DNA of 64,000 bases from a virus (IMGVR_UViG_3300050491_000011); one strand, 5' to 3'. Shown: positions 44,270 through 55,434, counted from the stretch's first letter. A program made the numbers and translations. The notes: generated by a model not told the origin, from the sequence alone.

Positions 44270-44692
44270 ATGGGTAGCTACATTTACGCAACTGTAATTC
44301 GTCAACTGGAAAGTGGCGATTACGATCACGACAACCACAATTGGGATACTGTCCTGACTAAACCAAACGGCGTCAAGCGTCGTTTGTTGCTTGGGGATAA
44401 CCGCTACTATACCTTCCCTGAGATCAAGCCCCGCAATGGCATTCACGAGTCGCTGAGCGCTGATGTACTCAGTGGCGGTGCAATGGGGTGGGATTACTGC
44501 CGTCATGTCTGGTATACGCCTCAAGAGCTTCTGGCGTTTGACTGGGATCAGGTTATTACAGAGTCCCCGAAAGACATCGAAGTCATCGGCAAGACGTATC
44601 GCCAATGCATTCCGGATGAGTGGTTTGAATACATTCAAGCTCGTGCAAACGAAACAGCCGTAGTGGCTATCCAGTTCGCTGTCGATAATTGA
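44270..44692 (+). CDS. hypothetical protein
   Basis: AGGAG RBS; MGSYIY start typical of phage small proteins. Confidence 0.6.
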   Translation: MGSYIYATVIRQLESGDYDHDNHNWDTVLTKPNGVKRRLLLGDNRYYTFPEIKPRNGIHESLSADVLSGGAMGWDYCRHVWYTPQELLAFDWDQVITESPKDIEVIGKTYRQCIPDEWFEYIQARANETAVVAIQFAVDN

Positions 44693-44699
44693 GGTCGCT

Positions 44700-44930
44700 G
44701 TGGAATACGGTAAAGCTTCCGTTGTAAAGTTTGTAGGTCAGCTGTTGATCGATCGCCGTATCAGTCTCGCACAGTACGACGCACTCCTCGCAGCAAAGCA
44801 CATTGATCACCCGACGGTATTCGCCATGATCCTCACAGTACGTGATCATGAAGAAGTCGTCGTAAAGGCTAATGTCGGTGACCCCCTGTTCGCCGTCCTC
44901 AATCCACCTCACCCTATTAAGGAGTCCTGA
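44700..44930 (+). CDS. hypothetical protein
   Basis: GAGG RBS, GTG start. Confidence 0.5.
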   Translation: MEYGKASVVKFVGQLLIDRRISLAQYDALLAAKHIDHPTVFAMILTVRDHEEVVVKANVGDPLFAVLNPPHPIKES

Positions 44931-45439
44931 TGGATCTCTTCGCAACTCTCTCTGGCATGATGACCACCAGTCTGAAAGCCCGCTTCAAAGAACTGGTCGA
45001 TACCAAGAAGATCGATCTCGCAAACTTCGCCAGTGAAGATAAGTACCACATCGCTGCGCGTCAGTGCATGGGTGCTTTGAGCAACTCCCTCACCAACGTC
45101 GACAAGTCCCACCTCACCTATCTGGACATCTCGGTGTTCAGCTTCCTGCTGTTCAGCCTCGAATCGGAAACACCGGCCGAAGTAATCGAAACAGGACTGG
45201 GTCTTACTCAGGGTGACGAATCCGTCGAAGCTGCTGCGCCCACACCTAATCCTTTGGGCGGTGGTCAGTCGGTCTGCGGTGCATGGGGTGCTACTCCAGT
45301 ATCCCTGACCGATGCTGATGCTCAGTTGCGTGAAGACGAGCGCCACATTCAGGAACAGCATAAAGGCCACCGTGTGGAAGACATCGGCATGTACACCGCC
45401 GAAGGCATCAAGCCGGTCAACCAATTCGATCAGGAGTAA
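44930..45439 (+). CDS. hypothetical protein
   Basis: AAGGAG RBS. Confidence 0.6.
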   Translation: MDLFATLSGMMTTSLKARFKELVDTKKIDLANFASEDKYHIAARQCMGALSNSLTNVDKSHLTYLDISVFSFLLFSLESETPAEVIETGLGLTQGDESVEAAAPTPNPLGGGQSVCGAWGATPVSLTDADAQLREDERHIQEQHKGHRVEDIGMYTAEGIKPVNQFDQE

Positions 45440-45442
45440 TCC

Positions 45443-45763
45443 ATGCAGGTAGTTCGCAACTATGTTCAAAAAGCAGTTCAGGTTGAGATCCTACAGTACG
45501 ACGGGAAGAACTACTCCGACCTGCTCGTATTCTGCAACCCGGACCCACTTACCGCTAATGCCGTTTACATGCCGGGCCTTAACCAGGTGCGTCTCAGTAT
45601 GCGTGTGCGGAAAGTGCCAAAGGTTCGGGCTGGCATTTCGATCCCCAATCCTGTCGAAGCACTTGTAAACATCGGCGACGTCATCGTCAAGTATCCAGAC
45701 GGTACTTTGAAGTTGATGTCGGTTGAAGAAATCCAGAACGAGTTCGATCAAGTAACGGAGTAA
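45443..45763 (+). CDS. hypothetical phage protein (GDVIVK motif)
   Basis: YVQKAVQVEILQYDG.N...IGDVIVKYPDG. Confidence 0.6.
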   Translation: MQVVRNYVQKAVQVEILQYDGKNYSDLLVFCNPDPLTANAVYMPGLNQVRLSMRVRKVPKVRAGISIPNPVEALVNIGDVIVKYPDGTLKLMSVEEIQNEFDQVTE

Positions 45764-45768
45764 TCGCC

Positions 45769-45864
45769 ATGCTTAGTTTCGTAGGTGGTATCGTTGTATT
45801 CGTCCTCTGCTGTCGTGGTGTCGTCGGTTTCGCCGAAGACTTCAAGAAAGCAAGTAAACCGTAA
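45769..45864 (+). CDS. 31-aa hydrophobic small protein
   Basis: MLSFVGGIVVFVLCCRGVVGFAEDFKKASKP; GGAG RBS; hairpin follows. Confidence 0.5.
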   Translation: MLSFVGGIVVFVLCCRGVVGFAEDFKKASKP

Positions 45865-45926
45865 ATAAACGATTGGGGGAGCTTCGGCTCCCCTAGTCCC
45901 ACTCTTTTTTTTTGAGTTAAAATGCC

Positions 45927-47020
<1,094 letters not shown>

Positions 47021-47080
47021 CAGCATACGGGCCGGGGTAATTCCCCGGCTTGTGTCCCTTACCTTAAATTTACACAGCCA

Positions 47081-47088
47081 CACATTAC
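47081..47088 (+). promoter_or_regulatory. putative early promoter box CACATTAC
   Basis: After hairpin 47024-47054; TAAATTT upstream. Confidence 0.6.
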
Positions 47089-47122
47089 GCTATTAGAGTA
47101 ACTATAACCTTAGGAGAAAACG

Positions 47123-47494
47123 ATGGAAGTGTTTTACGTTATCGCTGCGGCCTGCTGGTCAGGCATGGGGATCTTTCTTTATAACGCTGAGCTGAACCGT
47201 CCCGGCCGTAAGAAAGAGAAAGATGCGATCGGTAAACGGGATCTGTTCCTGTGCTGCTGCGTATGGCCATTCATCTTCATTCTGTCGATGTTGGGCTCGT
47301 TGTTCGGGTTCTTCTTCGACAACTGGATTCAGACACTACAATGGTCGGCGTTCATCGGTGCGATCCTCTTTATCTTTATCGCTAAGGCTTCACTGCCTGA
47401 GCATTTGGCACTGTCTATATTCTACGCGAGTATCGTCGCACTCTGCGCAGGCTATTCGATAGCCGCATTAGAGAAGAAGCAAAACGAGGGATAG
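47123..47494 (+). CDS. multi-pass membrane protein
   Basis: About 4 hydrophobic segments; AGGAG RBS. Confidence 0.65.
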   Translation: MEVFYVIAAACWSGMGIFLYNAELNRPGRKKEKDAIGKRDLFLCCCVWPFIFILSMLGSLFGFFFDNWIQTLQWSAFIGAILFIFIAKASLPEHLALSIFYASIVALCAGYSIAALEKKQNEG

Positions 47495-47497
47495 ATA

Positions 47498-48214
47498 ATG
47501 AAACTGGTTAAGCGTTTCGAAAGAAACGAAGTGGGTCGTGACATTGCAGTCGCTGACGTCCACGGCCATTTCAAGAAACTCCAGAAAGCATTAGACGCTA
47601 TCGGCTTTGATCCTAAAGTCGATCGTCTCTTCATCGCTGGGGATATGGTGGATCGTGGTCCAGACTGTTTGGATGCGTTGGATTGGTTAGAGAAGGCGAA
47701 CTGCGTACGCGGTAACCATGATAACTACATCATCCAATACATCAAAGGGGATTCAGGTAAATGGATCAACGAAGGCGGCGTATGGTTCGAACCGTTATCG
47801 GCCCAAGAGAAACGACGTTGGCTCTATTACTTCTACAGATTACCTCTGGCTATTGAAGTAAAGACCAGTCGTGGGACAGTTGGGATTATCCATGCGGATT
47901 GTGTAATGCCGCATTGGCCTGACTTGATGGCTGAGTTGGATGGTTACGATCAACTTGACTGTCATCGTAAGAAACTTATTCGTAACTGCTGCATGTGGTC
48001 AAGGGGTCGGTTTGAACTTAACGATACCACTTGGGTTACTGGCATCAGGGCGGTAGTGGTTGGGCATAACCCGACTAACTTGCCGAAGGTAATCGCAAAC
48101 GTACACCACATTGATACGACTGCTGGTTATCCGCAGGCTCGTTTCACTTTCATTGATTTGGAAACACTGCAAACATTCACGGCTCCGTTTGATTACGGAT
48201 GGATGATGCAGTAA
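47498..48214 (+). CDS. calcineurin-like metallophosphoesterase (lambda NinI/PphA type)
   Basis: DVHG, GDMVDRGP, RGNHD, HAD, GHNP motifs. Confidence 0.9.
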   Translation: MKLVKRFERNEVGRDIAVADVHGHFKKLQKALDAIGFDPKVDRLFIAGDMVDRGPDCLDALDWLEKANCVRGNHDNYIIQYIKGDSGKWINEGGVWFEPLSAQEKRRWLYYFYRLPLAIEVKTSRGTVGIIHADCVMPHWPDLMAELDGYDQLDCHRKKLIRNCCMWSRGRFELNDTTWVTGIRAVVVGHNPTNLPKVIANVHHIDTTAGYPQARFTFIDLETLQTFTAPFDYGWMMQ

Positions 48215-48226
48215 GGAGATTGTTTG

Positions 48227-48493
48227 ATGCGCACTAAGATTGCATGGCCTGAAACAGGACGTGAGATCGGTGGGCTGATGGGGTTCTCTGCTGAGTACGA
48301 GGAGTACGGCGCCGGCGCTTATAAGCGGTGGGTTGTACCTCTCGTAACAGCGGCCATCACTACACTCGAACATGAGATCGATGTCTTGAAGCAGCAGAAT
48401 GAAGCGCTTAAGCAAACGATCGCTGCAAGTAAACCTAAAGTTAAATACTGCCATGAAACAGGCAACTGGATCGTGGTTAAGGAAGCACTATGA
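48227..48493 (+). CDS. hypothetical protein
   Basis: AAGGAG RBS. Confidence 0.55.
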   Translation: MRTKIAWPETGREIGGLMGFSAEYEEYGAGAYKRWVVPLVTAAITTLEHEIDVLKQQNEALKQTIAASKPKVKYCHETGNWIVVKEAL

Positions 48494-48723
48494 CTTACGT
48501 GATTTATGGCTCGATGGTTTTGCTGGTCTACCTCGCCATCAGCGCCACGCTTTACTTCCACATGAGGAAGCTAAGGAAGACCCGCTTCATTCCACCACAA
48601 ACCGTTTACGAATGGAATCGCATGTCGGTCATCTGGCCCGGTCATTTAGCTTTCATTATTTTCGGTATCGTCTACGGCTTCTTTGCAGCCATCATTTCTT
48701 TCGTTATGGATAAGTTTCGATGA
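48490..48723 (+). CDS. two-TM membrane protein
   Basis: Hydrophobic segments; ATGA overlaps. Confidence 0.6.
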   Translation: MTYVIYGSMVLLVYLAISATLYFHMRKLRKTRFIPPQTVYEWNRMSVIWPGHLAFIIFGIVYGFFAAIISFVMDKFR

Positions 48724-49421
48724 CACCACGCACTAAACACATTCTCAGACAAACCGCGATCTGCCTCCCTGTAGCGCTCGCGGCTGGTTGGGGTATCGCC
48801 GGCACGATAATACCCCTCATGGGACCACACTTCTGGACTGGGGCTATGTACGTGATGATCACGGCCATCTGCTTCGATGTATTCCTCAAGATGGTCTATC
48901 CGAAGTTTGCATGGACTCGTGATTACGAACCGGCGGCTTCAGACCCTAACGACCCGAAGCGGATTAACTTCATCAATGTCGGCCCTAAGCCACGGACCAC
49001 ATATCCGAGCGAACAGGAACTGATGAAGTTCTGCGGTCCCGATGAGAACCTGCGTAAGATGTATATCGCAGAATGGCGTAAGATTAACATCAAGTTGTGG
49101 GATGATGGGATCAATGATCAGTGGTTGCATAAAACGCTGGCTGAACGTCAAGCTGATAATGAAGAGTTCCGCAAACTCTTCTTCGGTGATTGGGTTCCTA
49201 AACATCCAATCCATCGCTATGCGTACTCGCCGCGGCTGGAGGATCTGTTGGTTGAGATTGATAAACTTGGTTACGGTGACGAGGTGTTCAATGAACTTCA
49301 GAACCAACCTCACCTCGATCCATACCTGCTGACGAACATTCTCATTAACTTCATCACTATGGTTAAGGTCAACCCGAATGAGAAAGCGATATTTAAGCCC
49401 TTCCCGGAAACACACGCCTGA
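48720..49421 (+). CDS. membrane-anchored hypothetical protein
   Basis: Two N-terminal TM segments. Confidence 0.6.
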   Translation: MTPRTKHILRQTAICLPVALAAGWGIAGTIIPLMGPHFWTGAMYVMITAICFDVFLKMVYPKFAWTRDYEPAASDPNDPKRINFINVGPKPRTTYPSEQELMKFCGPDENLRKMYIAEWRKINIKLWDDGINDQWLHKTLAERQADNEEFRKLFFGDWVPKHPIHRYAYSPRLEDLLVEIDKLGYGDEVFNELQNQPHLDPYLLTNILINFITMVKVNPNEKAIFKPFPETHA

Positions 49422-49611
49422 AGAGAAGCGGCTTATTAATAAGCTATTTGCAGTAGAAAGATCGAAGAAGAGTGTCGACGTCCCTGTAGTCGAGTTCAAC
49501 GTTATCCCGTTCTCGTCTGAACCTCGTTTCGATCAGTTGTTGGAAAACCTCAGGCGTTCAATCGTGTTAACGATGGGTATGCCTCCACACTTAGTAAGGA
49601 GCTGGGGATGA
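49378..49611 (+). CDS. hypothetical protein (start uncertain)
   Basis: Fills the gap; overlaps the upstream gene by 44 nt. Confidence 0.35.
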   Translation: MRKRYLSPSRKHTPEEKRLINKLFAVERSKKSVDVPVVEFNVIPFSSEPRFDQLLENLRRSIVLTMGMPPHLVRSWG

Positions 49612-49871
49612 CTAAAGAAGGTGTACGTGAGATTGTCCATGAGGAACTCGAGGAACTGTTGACGCTGTACCCAACACTCCTCCCAATCTGCATTAAGCAG
49701 TTCGATGAGTTCCTTGAGAAAGCTCACATTCCAATCAAGAACCCCCGTGTGAAAGTCCGCACTCCGGATACCGAGTATTTCCCGCCGCCGTGGCACTGGG
49801 ATGTTGAGCTCGAAATCATGGGCGATATGTTTATCTTCGTTGCGCGTAGATTTGCGACACACGCTGAATAG
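49608..49871 (+). CDS. hypothetical protein
   Basis: AAGGAG RBS. Confidence 0.55.
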   Translation: MTKEGVREIVHEELEELLTLYPTLLPICIKQFDEFLEKAHIPIKNPRVKVRTPDTEYFPPPWHWDVELEIMGDMFIFVARRFATHAE

Positions 49872-49885
49872 TTAAGAGGTGAGTA

Positions 49886-50701
49886 ATGAAAGAGAAAGGC
49901 TTTAAATGGATCGTTGTATCTGATACAGCTGAACTGGCTGTATTCGGTAATATCCTTCACGTCGGTAACTGTCTGTCTCTCGACGATCTGTTTCAGAAGA
50001 TCAGTGTAGACATCGACAATGACGAAGACGCTGCTATCGAAGAGTACCGTCGTCGCCACCCCGGTGTTCTCGATGAAGAGATGCCAACGGATATGCGTGG
50101 CATGAAGAAGGCTAAGGCCCGCTCCGCTCTGGTGCAGGAGTTGGCCGCGTTGGGGGATGGTTCGGCTACTTACGTCAGCGTCATCAGCCCTAAGGATGCC
50201 GACACCATTCAGGCGAGCTTTAGAAGCCTCATCCTGCCGATCACGACCAAGCACAAGACTTTCCAGGAAGTAACCCGCCGCGTATGTAAAGCTCCTGAAG
50301 CTACGTGGTTCTTGGTGGCCGGTGCTGCATTCATCCACAACGGAACGGTTGATATCATCCGTCGTGGTCAGGATACGTGGGCACATCTCCCAATGTCGTT
50401 CCAGATGATGGAACCTAAGGAGCTGGATGAGACGCGAACCTACGTCTGTCAATCCAAAGGTCCGACTGGGTTCACGACATGGATCTCTCAGGACGTTGAC
50501 CAGATCGTGCTGGTAGTTGAGGAGGGTGAAGGGTCTACCGTTAAGTTGGTGTCCTACACTCCGACCAATGCGTTCTGCGCAGAAACAGCGAAGGGTGAAG
50601 TTCAGCGACTGTACGAAGACGCTACCATTGCCTTACACGACGGGTTCATCGACTTCCAGTTCGAAGCTTCGAAGTACGACCCAGTTCGGGAAATAGTGTA
50701 G
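49886..50701 (+). CDS. hypothetical protein
   Basis: GAGGTG RBS; 271 aa. Confidence 0.65.
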   Translation: MKEKGFKWIVVSDTAELAVFGNILHVGNCLSLDDLFQKISVDIDNDEDAAIEEYRRRHPGVLDEEMPTDMRGMKKAKARSALVQELAALGDGSATYVSVISPKDADTIQASFRSLILPITTKHKTFQEVTRRVCKAPEATWFLVAGAAFIHNGTVDIIRRGQDTWAHLPMSFQMMEPKELDETRTYVCQSKGPTGFTTWISQDVDQIVLVVEEGEGSTVKLVSYTPTNAFCAETAKGEVQRLYEDATIALHDGFIDFQFEASKYDPVREIV

Positions 50702-50763
50702 GTTCCGTAAATAGTTACTGGCATAGTGCTATCTTATGTGAACATTCGCACTAAGGACTTCGA

Positions 50764-51105
50764 TTGGACATTCGTGTTCGTATCGCGGTGGCTCTTTGCG
50801 CGGTTCTTGCTTCGGTAGACTCGACGGCTAAACCTCCCGAGATTCGGGTGGCGCAGCCGTCGTACTACACTTCCTCAGATGAACAACTTACCAAGATGCA
50901 AGTCTTCTTGCAGGCGAGGGAGTTGGAACTCGAGAAGCGCGAATTCGACCCGTTCTTAAGTACCACGTTCTTCTGGGGAACGAAAGGGCTGAGTGGGACG
51001 ATTATTGAACCTCGCACCTGCAACCCTGCCAGCGTATACTCAGTCACAGGGCGTTGGACCCTGGTTAGGCATGAGAGAGACTCCCTGACACCTTTCGGGA
51101 CTTGA
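50764..51105 (+). CDS. secreted hypothetical protein
   Basis: Signal-peptide-like N-terminus; AAGGA RBS, TTG start. Confidence 0.5.
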   Translation: MDIRVRIAVALCAVLASVDSTAKPPEIRVAQPSYYTSSDEQLTKMQVFLQARELELEKREFDPFLSTTFFWGTKGLSGTIIEPRTCNPASVYSVTGRWTLVRHERDSLTPFGT

Positions 51106-51373
51106 AAGATTTACCCACCCGACTGATAAGTGTAGATAGTCAAAAATCGATTCGGGATAACCGGTCAAAGAGGCTCCTGTGTGGAGCAAATGCCAACCCT
51201 GTCCTCCGATGCGCTCGGATCGCCAGATGGTAGATGTATCCGCCACCCCAAGAACTGAAGGCGCCGCCGTTCCAATGCCAGGGATACCTGGGTTTGAGTT
51301 CGGGGTGACCAATAGGTGAGGGGTGGCCATTTCTTTTCTTTATGCCGCAAACATTTATTAAGGTGCCATCATC

Positions 51374-51886
51374 ATGACTACACCACGTTTAGGTGATCCA
51401 ATCATCTCGACAGATAAAGACGGTAAGGAACGACGTTCGTATGTAACGGTAAACCCAGATCGTCGTACAGCTCCTCACCGCCGTATGAAGAAAGACATCG
51501 CTGAGCAAGCCAAACTCCGCGAGGAACGTGAAGCTGCGGAATGTCTAGCGGAACCAATCCCAATGTTTGATGGGACCGCAGCAGCGGCTGCTTACGACCT
51601 AGCCGCTGAACATCTCGGCATTAGCCTCATGGGTACGAACATCCGCGTTCTCGATATGCTGGAATCGTATCAGCTCCACGTTGAGCGTAGTCATGACGGC
51701 CTCCTCAAGATCCCGTACTCCAAGGATGTTGATGAACTCATCCAGAACGGTGCCTTCAAGCCGTACATCGGTAAGCTGTACAACCATCCTATCGACTATG
51801 TCGGTAATGTCGGCATCGCCTTAATGGAAGCCTTACCCAACTCCGGGTTTATGGGGTCCGCAACAATCACCTTCGTCGCAACATAA
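51374..51886 (+). CDS. hypothetical protein
   Basis: AAGG RBS. Confidence 0.6.
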   Translation: MTTPRLGDPIISTDKDGKERRSYVTVNPDRRTAPHRRMKKDIAEQAKLREEREAAECLAEPIPMFDGTAAAAAYDLAAEHLGISLMGTNIRVLDMLESYQLHVERSHDGLLKIPYSKDVDELIQNGAFKPYIGKLYNHPIDYVGNVGIALMEALPNSGFMGSATITFVAT

Positions 51887-51898
51887 GGAAACAACGGA

Positions 51899-52654
51899 AT
51901 GAATCTGGTAATCGAAGATGTAGTGTACAGTCACTTCAGACTGAAGCTTAATAAGTCGATCGACCTGGCTAAAATGTGGTCCTTCATTGTAAGTAATAAC
52001 CCAGGTCGTGAGAACACCTACCATAATACTCAACACATGAAACACATGGCAGCTATCGCCTGCTACCTGTTCGAGAACAGCGACGCGTACAAGGTGATGT
52101 CTCCGGCTGAACAGCACCTACAAACCAACCTGCTGTTGATTGCTTGCTGCTGGCATGATTACGGTCATAGTGCCGGTAAGACAACTGATGTCGAGAACAT
52201 CCGCGTGGCTAGCGATGCTTTCATGGAATGGTTCGAAACGAACTGGGTGTCGATGGTTCCTTACCTGATCGGAAAGAAAGTTACTGAAGGTAAGTCTGAA
52301 GACGAGCGTGAAGCAGCCAATCTGGCTATGATCGTACTCGACATCATTAAGGTCACTGAGTTCCCATTCGTTCATCGACCACACGGAACCCTTCAGATGT
52401 GTGCCCGTGATGCCGACCTTCTGTATACGTTCGATACCGATACCGGCAAGATCGTACACGGTCTGTACATGGAGCTGAAAAGCTCTGGCAAGTTCCCACA
52501 AGGCTTCTCGTTCATGAACTTCATGAATCGTCAGGCAGACTTCCTCGATAGTTGTGAACACTTCACACCGCTGGGTAAACAGATCCACGAAACCATGAAG
52601 GCCGATGTATTGGCCCGTCAGTTCGAGTGGGCTGAATCCCAAGGCTTCGCGTAA
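51899..52654 (+). CDS. HD-domain metal-dependent phosphohydrolase
   Basis: YHNTQH...WHDYGHS...RDAD = H...HD...D set. Confidence 0.8.
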   Translation: MNLVIEDVVYSHFRLKLNKSIDLAKMWSFIVSNNPGRENTYHNTQHMKHMAAIACYLFENSDAYKVMSPAEQHLQTNLLLIACCWHDYGHSAGKTTDVENIRVASDAFMEWFETNWVSMVPYLIGKKVTEGKSEDEREAANLAMIVLDIIKVTEFPFVHRPHGTLQMCARDADLLYTFDTDTGKIVHGLYMELKSSGKFPQGFSFMNFMNRQADFLDSCEHFTPLGKQIHETMKADVLARQFEWAESQGFA

Positions 52655-52715
52655 TAAGAAACCAACAATGGAGAGGGTATATCCCTCTCCCACTTATGCC
52701 CCTAGGAGTATCATC

Positions 52716-52991
52716 ATGTCCGTTAAACTTACCGAAGTATCTTTCTCTGTTTCTGTCGGCGCTGAAGGTCACGTTAACGTGACTCAAACCGTCATGACCC
52801 TCGTTCCTAGCCTGACGGCTGAACAGATCCACATCGACAAGCGTGTCTATGAAGACAATGACTCGATCGTCTACGATGATGACGAAGGCGACAAGAAGCC
52901 TAACGAGAATGGCGACATCATTCTCGAATACAAGAAGTACGGTAATGAGCAAGCCCACCCCATCCACATCACCGCAATCATCACTCACTGA
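52716..52991 (+). CDS. hypothetical protein
   Basis: AGGAG RBS before MSVKLTE. Confidence 0.6.
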   Translation: MSVKLTEVSFSVSVGAEGHVNVTQTVMTLVPSLTAEQIHIDKRVYEDNDSIVYDDDEGDKKPNENGDIILEYKKYGNEQAHPIHITAIITH

Positions 52992-53004
52992 TAAGGAAAT
53001 CGCC

Positions 53005-53397
53005 ATGCCTGAAGTTCAAGAATACCCAAAGACTCAAGTACTGGTAAATCAACGTCTGGTACTGCCGGATGCATTCACCAACCCTGACGTCCACCTGTAC
53101 CTGCCAACCGATGCCATCGGCAACATGACCTGCCCGCTCAAGGCCGTTCGTATCGAGTGCTGGAAGCGTTCCACCGGTGAGCAGAAGCGCAGTGTACTGG
53201 CAGACATCTTCAGCAGCAATCGCTCCGGCCTGGCGTTCAGTCTGTTGAAGCATCAGTCAGAGCTCGAATTCGGCATGCTGACCATGAGCGTGGCCTTCGG
53301 TAGCCTGAAGGTTCTGAACGACTGGCTGCACACGCTGGAGCGCTTCCCAGCAGGTGACCTGAACCGCTTTGACGCCTACTACACTCCAGGCAAGTAA
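53005..53397 (+). CDS. hypothetical protein
   Basis: AAGGA RBS before MPEVQEY. Confidence 0.6.
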   Translation: MPEVQEYPKTQVLVNQRLVLPDAFTNPDVHLYLPTDAIGNMTCPLKAVRIECWKRSTGEQKRSVLADIFSSNRSGLAFSLLKHQSELEFGMLTMSVAFGSLKVLNDWLHTLERFPAGDLNRFDAYYTPGK

Positions 53398-53438
53398 CTA
53401 ACACGGGGGACTGATACTCCCCCGACTTTATTAAGGAA

Positions 53439-54512
53439 ATGATCGTGTCGAATAAACGCCCTCTCGTTTTATTTTCTGGTGGTTTGGATTCAACCTTCAA
53501 CATGCTTCGCCACACACTCGAAGGTGAGTCAGTTGATTACGTTTATATTGACGGTGGTCAAGGTAAGAATAAGGTCAATTCAGAGGAAGCGACTATCGAC
53601 CGTATTCTTACTGCCTTGCATGAACATGCTCGACGTAAGGAAAAGAGTGTCCATCATCGGTTCAGCACGCATCCTCTGTCGAAGGTTAACTTCTGCAATA
53701 CTCCTAGCGCCGGATGGCGTCAACCTATTCCTTGGCTGGTATCGGCTCTAGAGGTCGTAGATCCGGAGAAGCACTCGGTAGTTGAAGTGTCCTACGTTCA
53801 GGGCGATGAGATCATCAGTCGTATTCCTGAGCTTAAAGCTGCGTGGGCTGCAATGTGGTCAGTCACCAAGATCGGCGAACTCGTCCCACTGGAGTTCCCA
53901 CTCAAGGACATCAGTAAGCAAGCCATCCTCTGTCAGATGCCCGAAGAGATTTACAAGCTGACGTGGGTGTGTGAATTACCGATCATGCAGACGTTCGCTT
54001 GGCCAAAGAGCTGCATCGAATACGGCCGTAGCCATAACGCTCGCTGCCGTGCGTGTGAAACTCGTCTCGTTGAGCTGTATCGTTTCGAACTCCGTAACGG
54101 TAAAACTCTCGAGCAGTATCACATCGAATGCGCTGAGAAGATTGCTCGTGAAGAGCAGGGAGAGAAAGACCGTCTGCGTCGTCGACAGGAACGTATCGCT
54201 GAAGACATGGCCGATGGTTACAAGTCCGCCCTACCTCAGGATGGCGCGGTAGAGACCTTCACTCAAGACTTCTCGTTACTCGAGAAGGAAACATCGCCTA
54301 CGTTCGATCGTTTACCTAATCGCGGTGACTGGAAAGAACCAACTGTTCTGGCGGTTACTAATGCCGACGGTGAGCCGGGTGGATTCTACGTTACTGATGC
54401 AACCACGATGGACCAATTGATGGCGTACGCACACACGTCTGACTTTGAACTGATCAATGCGTGTGAAGAAATAGCAGACGCAATCAAAGACGAGAAAGCA
54501 TCAGCGGCTTAA
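53439..54512 (+). CDS. QueC-like PP-loop ATPase with C-terminal extension
   Basis: VLFSGGLDST; PL...SK..I; TWVCE...C...CRAC zinc cluster. Confidence 0.7.
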   Translation: MIVSNKRPLVLFSGGLDSTFNMLRHTLEGESVDYVYIDGGQGKNKVNSEEATIDRILTALHEHARRKEKSVHHRFSTHPLSKVNFCNTPSAGWRQPIPWLVSALEVVDPEKHSVVEVSYVQGDEIISRIPELKAAWAAMWSVTKIGELVPLEFPLKDISKQAILCQMPEEIYKLTWVCELPIMQTFAWPKSCIEYGRSHNARCRACETRLVELYRFELRNGKTLEQYHIECAEKIAREEQGEKDRLRRRQERIAEDMADGYKSALPQDGAVETFTQDFSLLEKETSPTFDRLPNRGDWKEPTVLAVTNADGEPGGFYVTDATTMDQLMAYAHTSDFELINACEEIADAIKDEKASAA

Positions 54513-54609
54513 CGACATAATGGCCGGGGATCTTCCCCGGCCTGTGTTTGTATCTTGTTACATTTGGGACACTAAGTATGTCCACATATTCCCTTTTAGG
54601 TCGTTCATT

Positions 54610-55434
54610 ATGTCCGTATTTTCTGATGGCGAGCTGATGGCTCGCAGCATTAAACCCGTGTACTTCAAGATCTGCCCAGACGCAGCTCCAGTACCTGTAA
54701 TTCCCGGTGTCACTCACAACAGCGCCGAGATGCTCCAGTTGTTGAATCTCAAGGACATCTATCCCGAGATGGTCGTCGAAGCAACTGACGAGATGCTCGA
54801 GGAGATGAAATGGAAGCCTCTCATCACGCCGTTCGTAGCTGACTCTGTCAAGTACATGTCGACAACGGCACCAAAGGAAACAGCCAAGCCTCAGGGTAGC
54901 AACTACGAAATGCCAGGTGGCTACATCGCATGGGACCAACGTATCCCAAGCTACGGCGTTTCCAGCTACGGTTACGATATCCGTCTGGCTGAGAAAGACA
55001 TCAAGATCTTCAGTAACATCAATTCGCCGATCATTGATCCGATGGATGTGTCTGAAGATTGCTACGTGCAAGCTGAGATCCGCACCTGCCCGAAGACTGG
55101 TCTGCGCTACTACATGCAGCCGCCTAACAGTCTGGCACTTGCTCACACTGCTGAGATCTTCAACATCAGCCGTGACATGCTGGTCGGTTGCTTCGGTAAG
55201 TCCACCTACGCTCGTGTAGGTCTGGTTCCAATGATCACCATCCTCGAACCCGAGTGGTCTGGTCAATTGGTTCTGGAACTGGCTAACCAAACCAACTCCC
55301 CGGTCAAGGTCTACATCGACTGCGGTATTGCTCAGCTCGTGTTCTGGAAAGCCTCTGAAGTCTGCCGCGTAAGCTACGCAGATCGTGGTGGTAAGTACAT
55401 GCACCAGCGTGGCACTGTTGGCGCTATCATTTAA
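54610..55434 (+). CDS. dcd: dCTP deaminase
   Basis: SSYGYDIRL, GKSTYARVGL, EPEWSGQLVLE, GKYMHQRG; N-terminal insertion. Confidence 0.92.
   Translation: MSVFSDGELMARSIKPVYFKICPDAAPVPVIPGVTHNSAEMLQLLNLKDIYPEMVVEATDEMLEEMKWKPLITPFVADSVKYMSTTAPKETAKPQGSNYEMPGGYIAWDQRIPSYGVSSYGYDIRLAEKDIKIFSNINSPIIDPMDVSEDCYVQAEIRTCPKTGLRYYMQPPNSLALAHTAEIFNISRDMLVGCFGKSTYARVGLVPMITILEPEWSGQLVLELANQTNSPVKVYIDCGIAQLVFWKASEVCRVSYADRGGKYMHQRGTVGAII

Noticed and set aside
51040-51350. Minus-strand ORFs 51040-51330 and 51165-51350 in a 270-nt gap
   Set aside because: Weak RBS, atypical composition and overlap with 50764-51105. Cannot tell which, if either, is real.
53439-55434. 7-deazaguanine or other DNA hypermodification cluster
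   Set aside because: Only QueC-like and dcd are present. ThyA keeps the dUMP-specific Asn, and no DpdA, QueD/E, FolE or glycosyltransferase is visible in this window.
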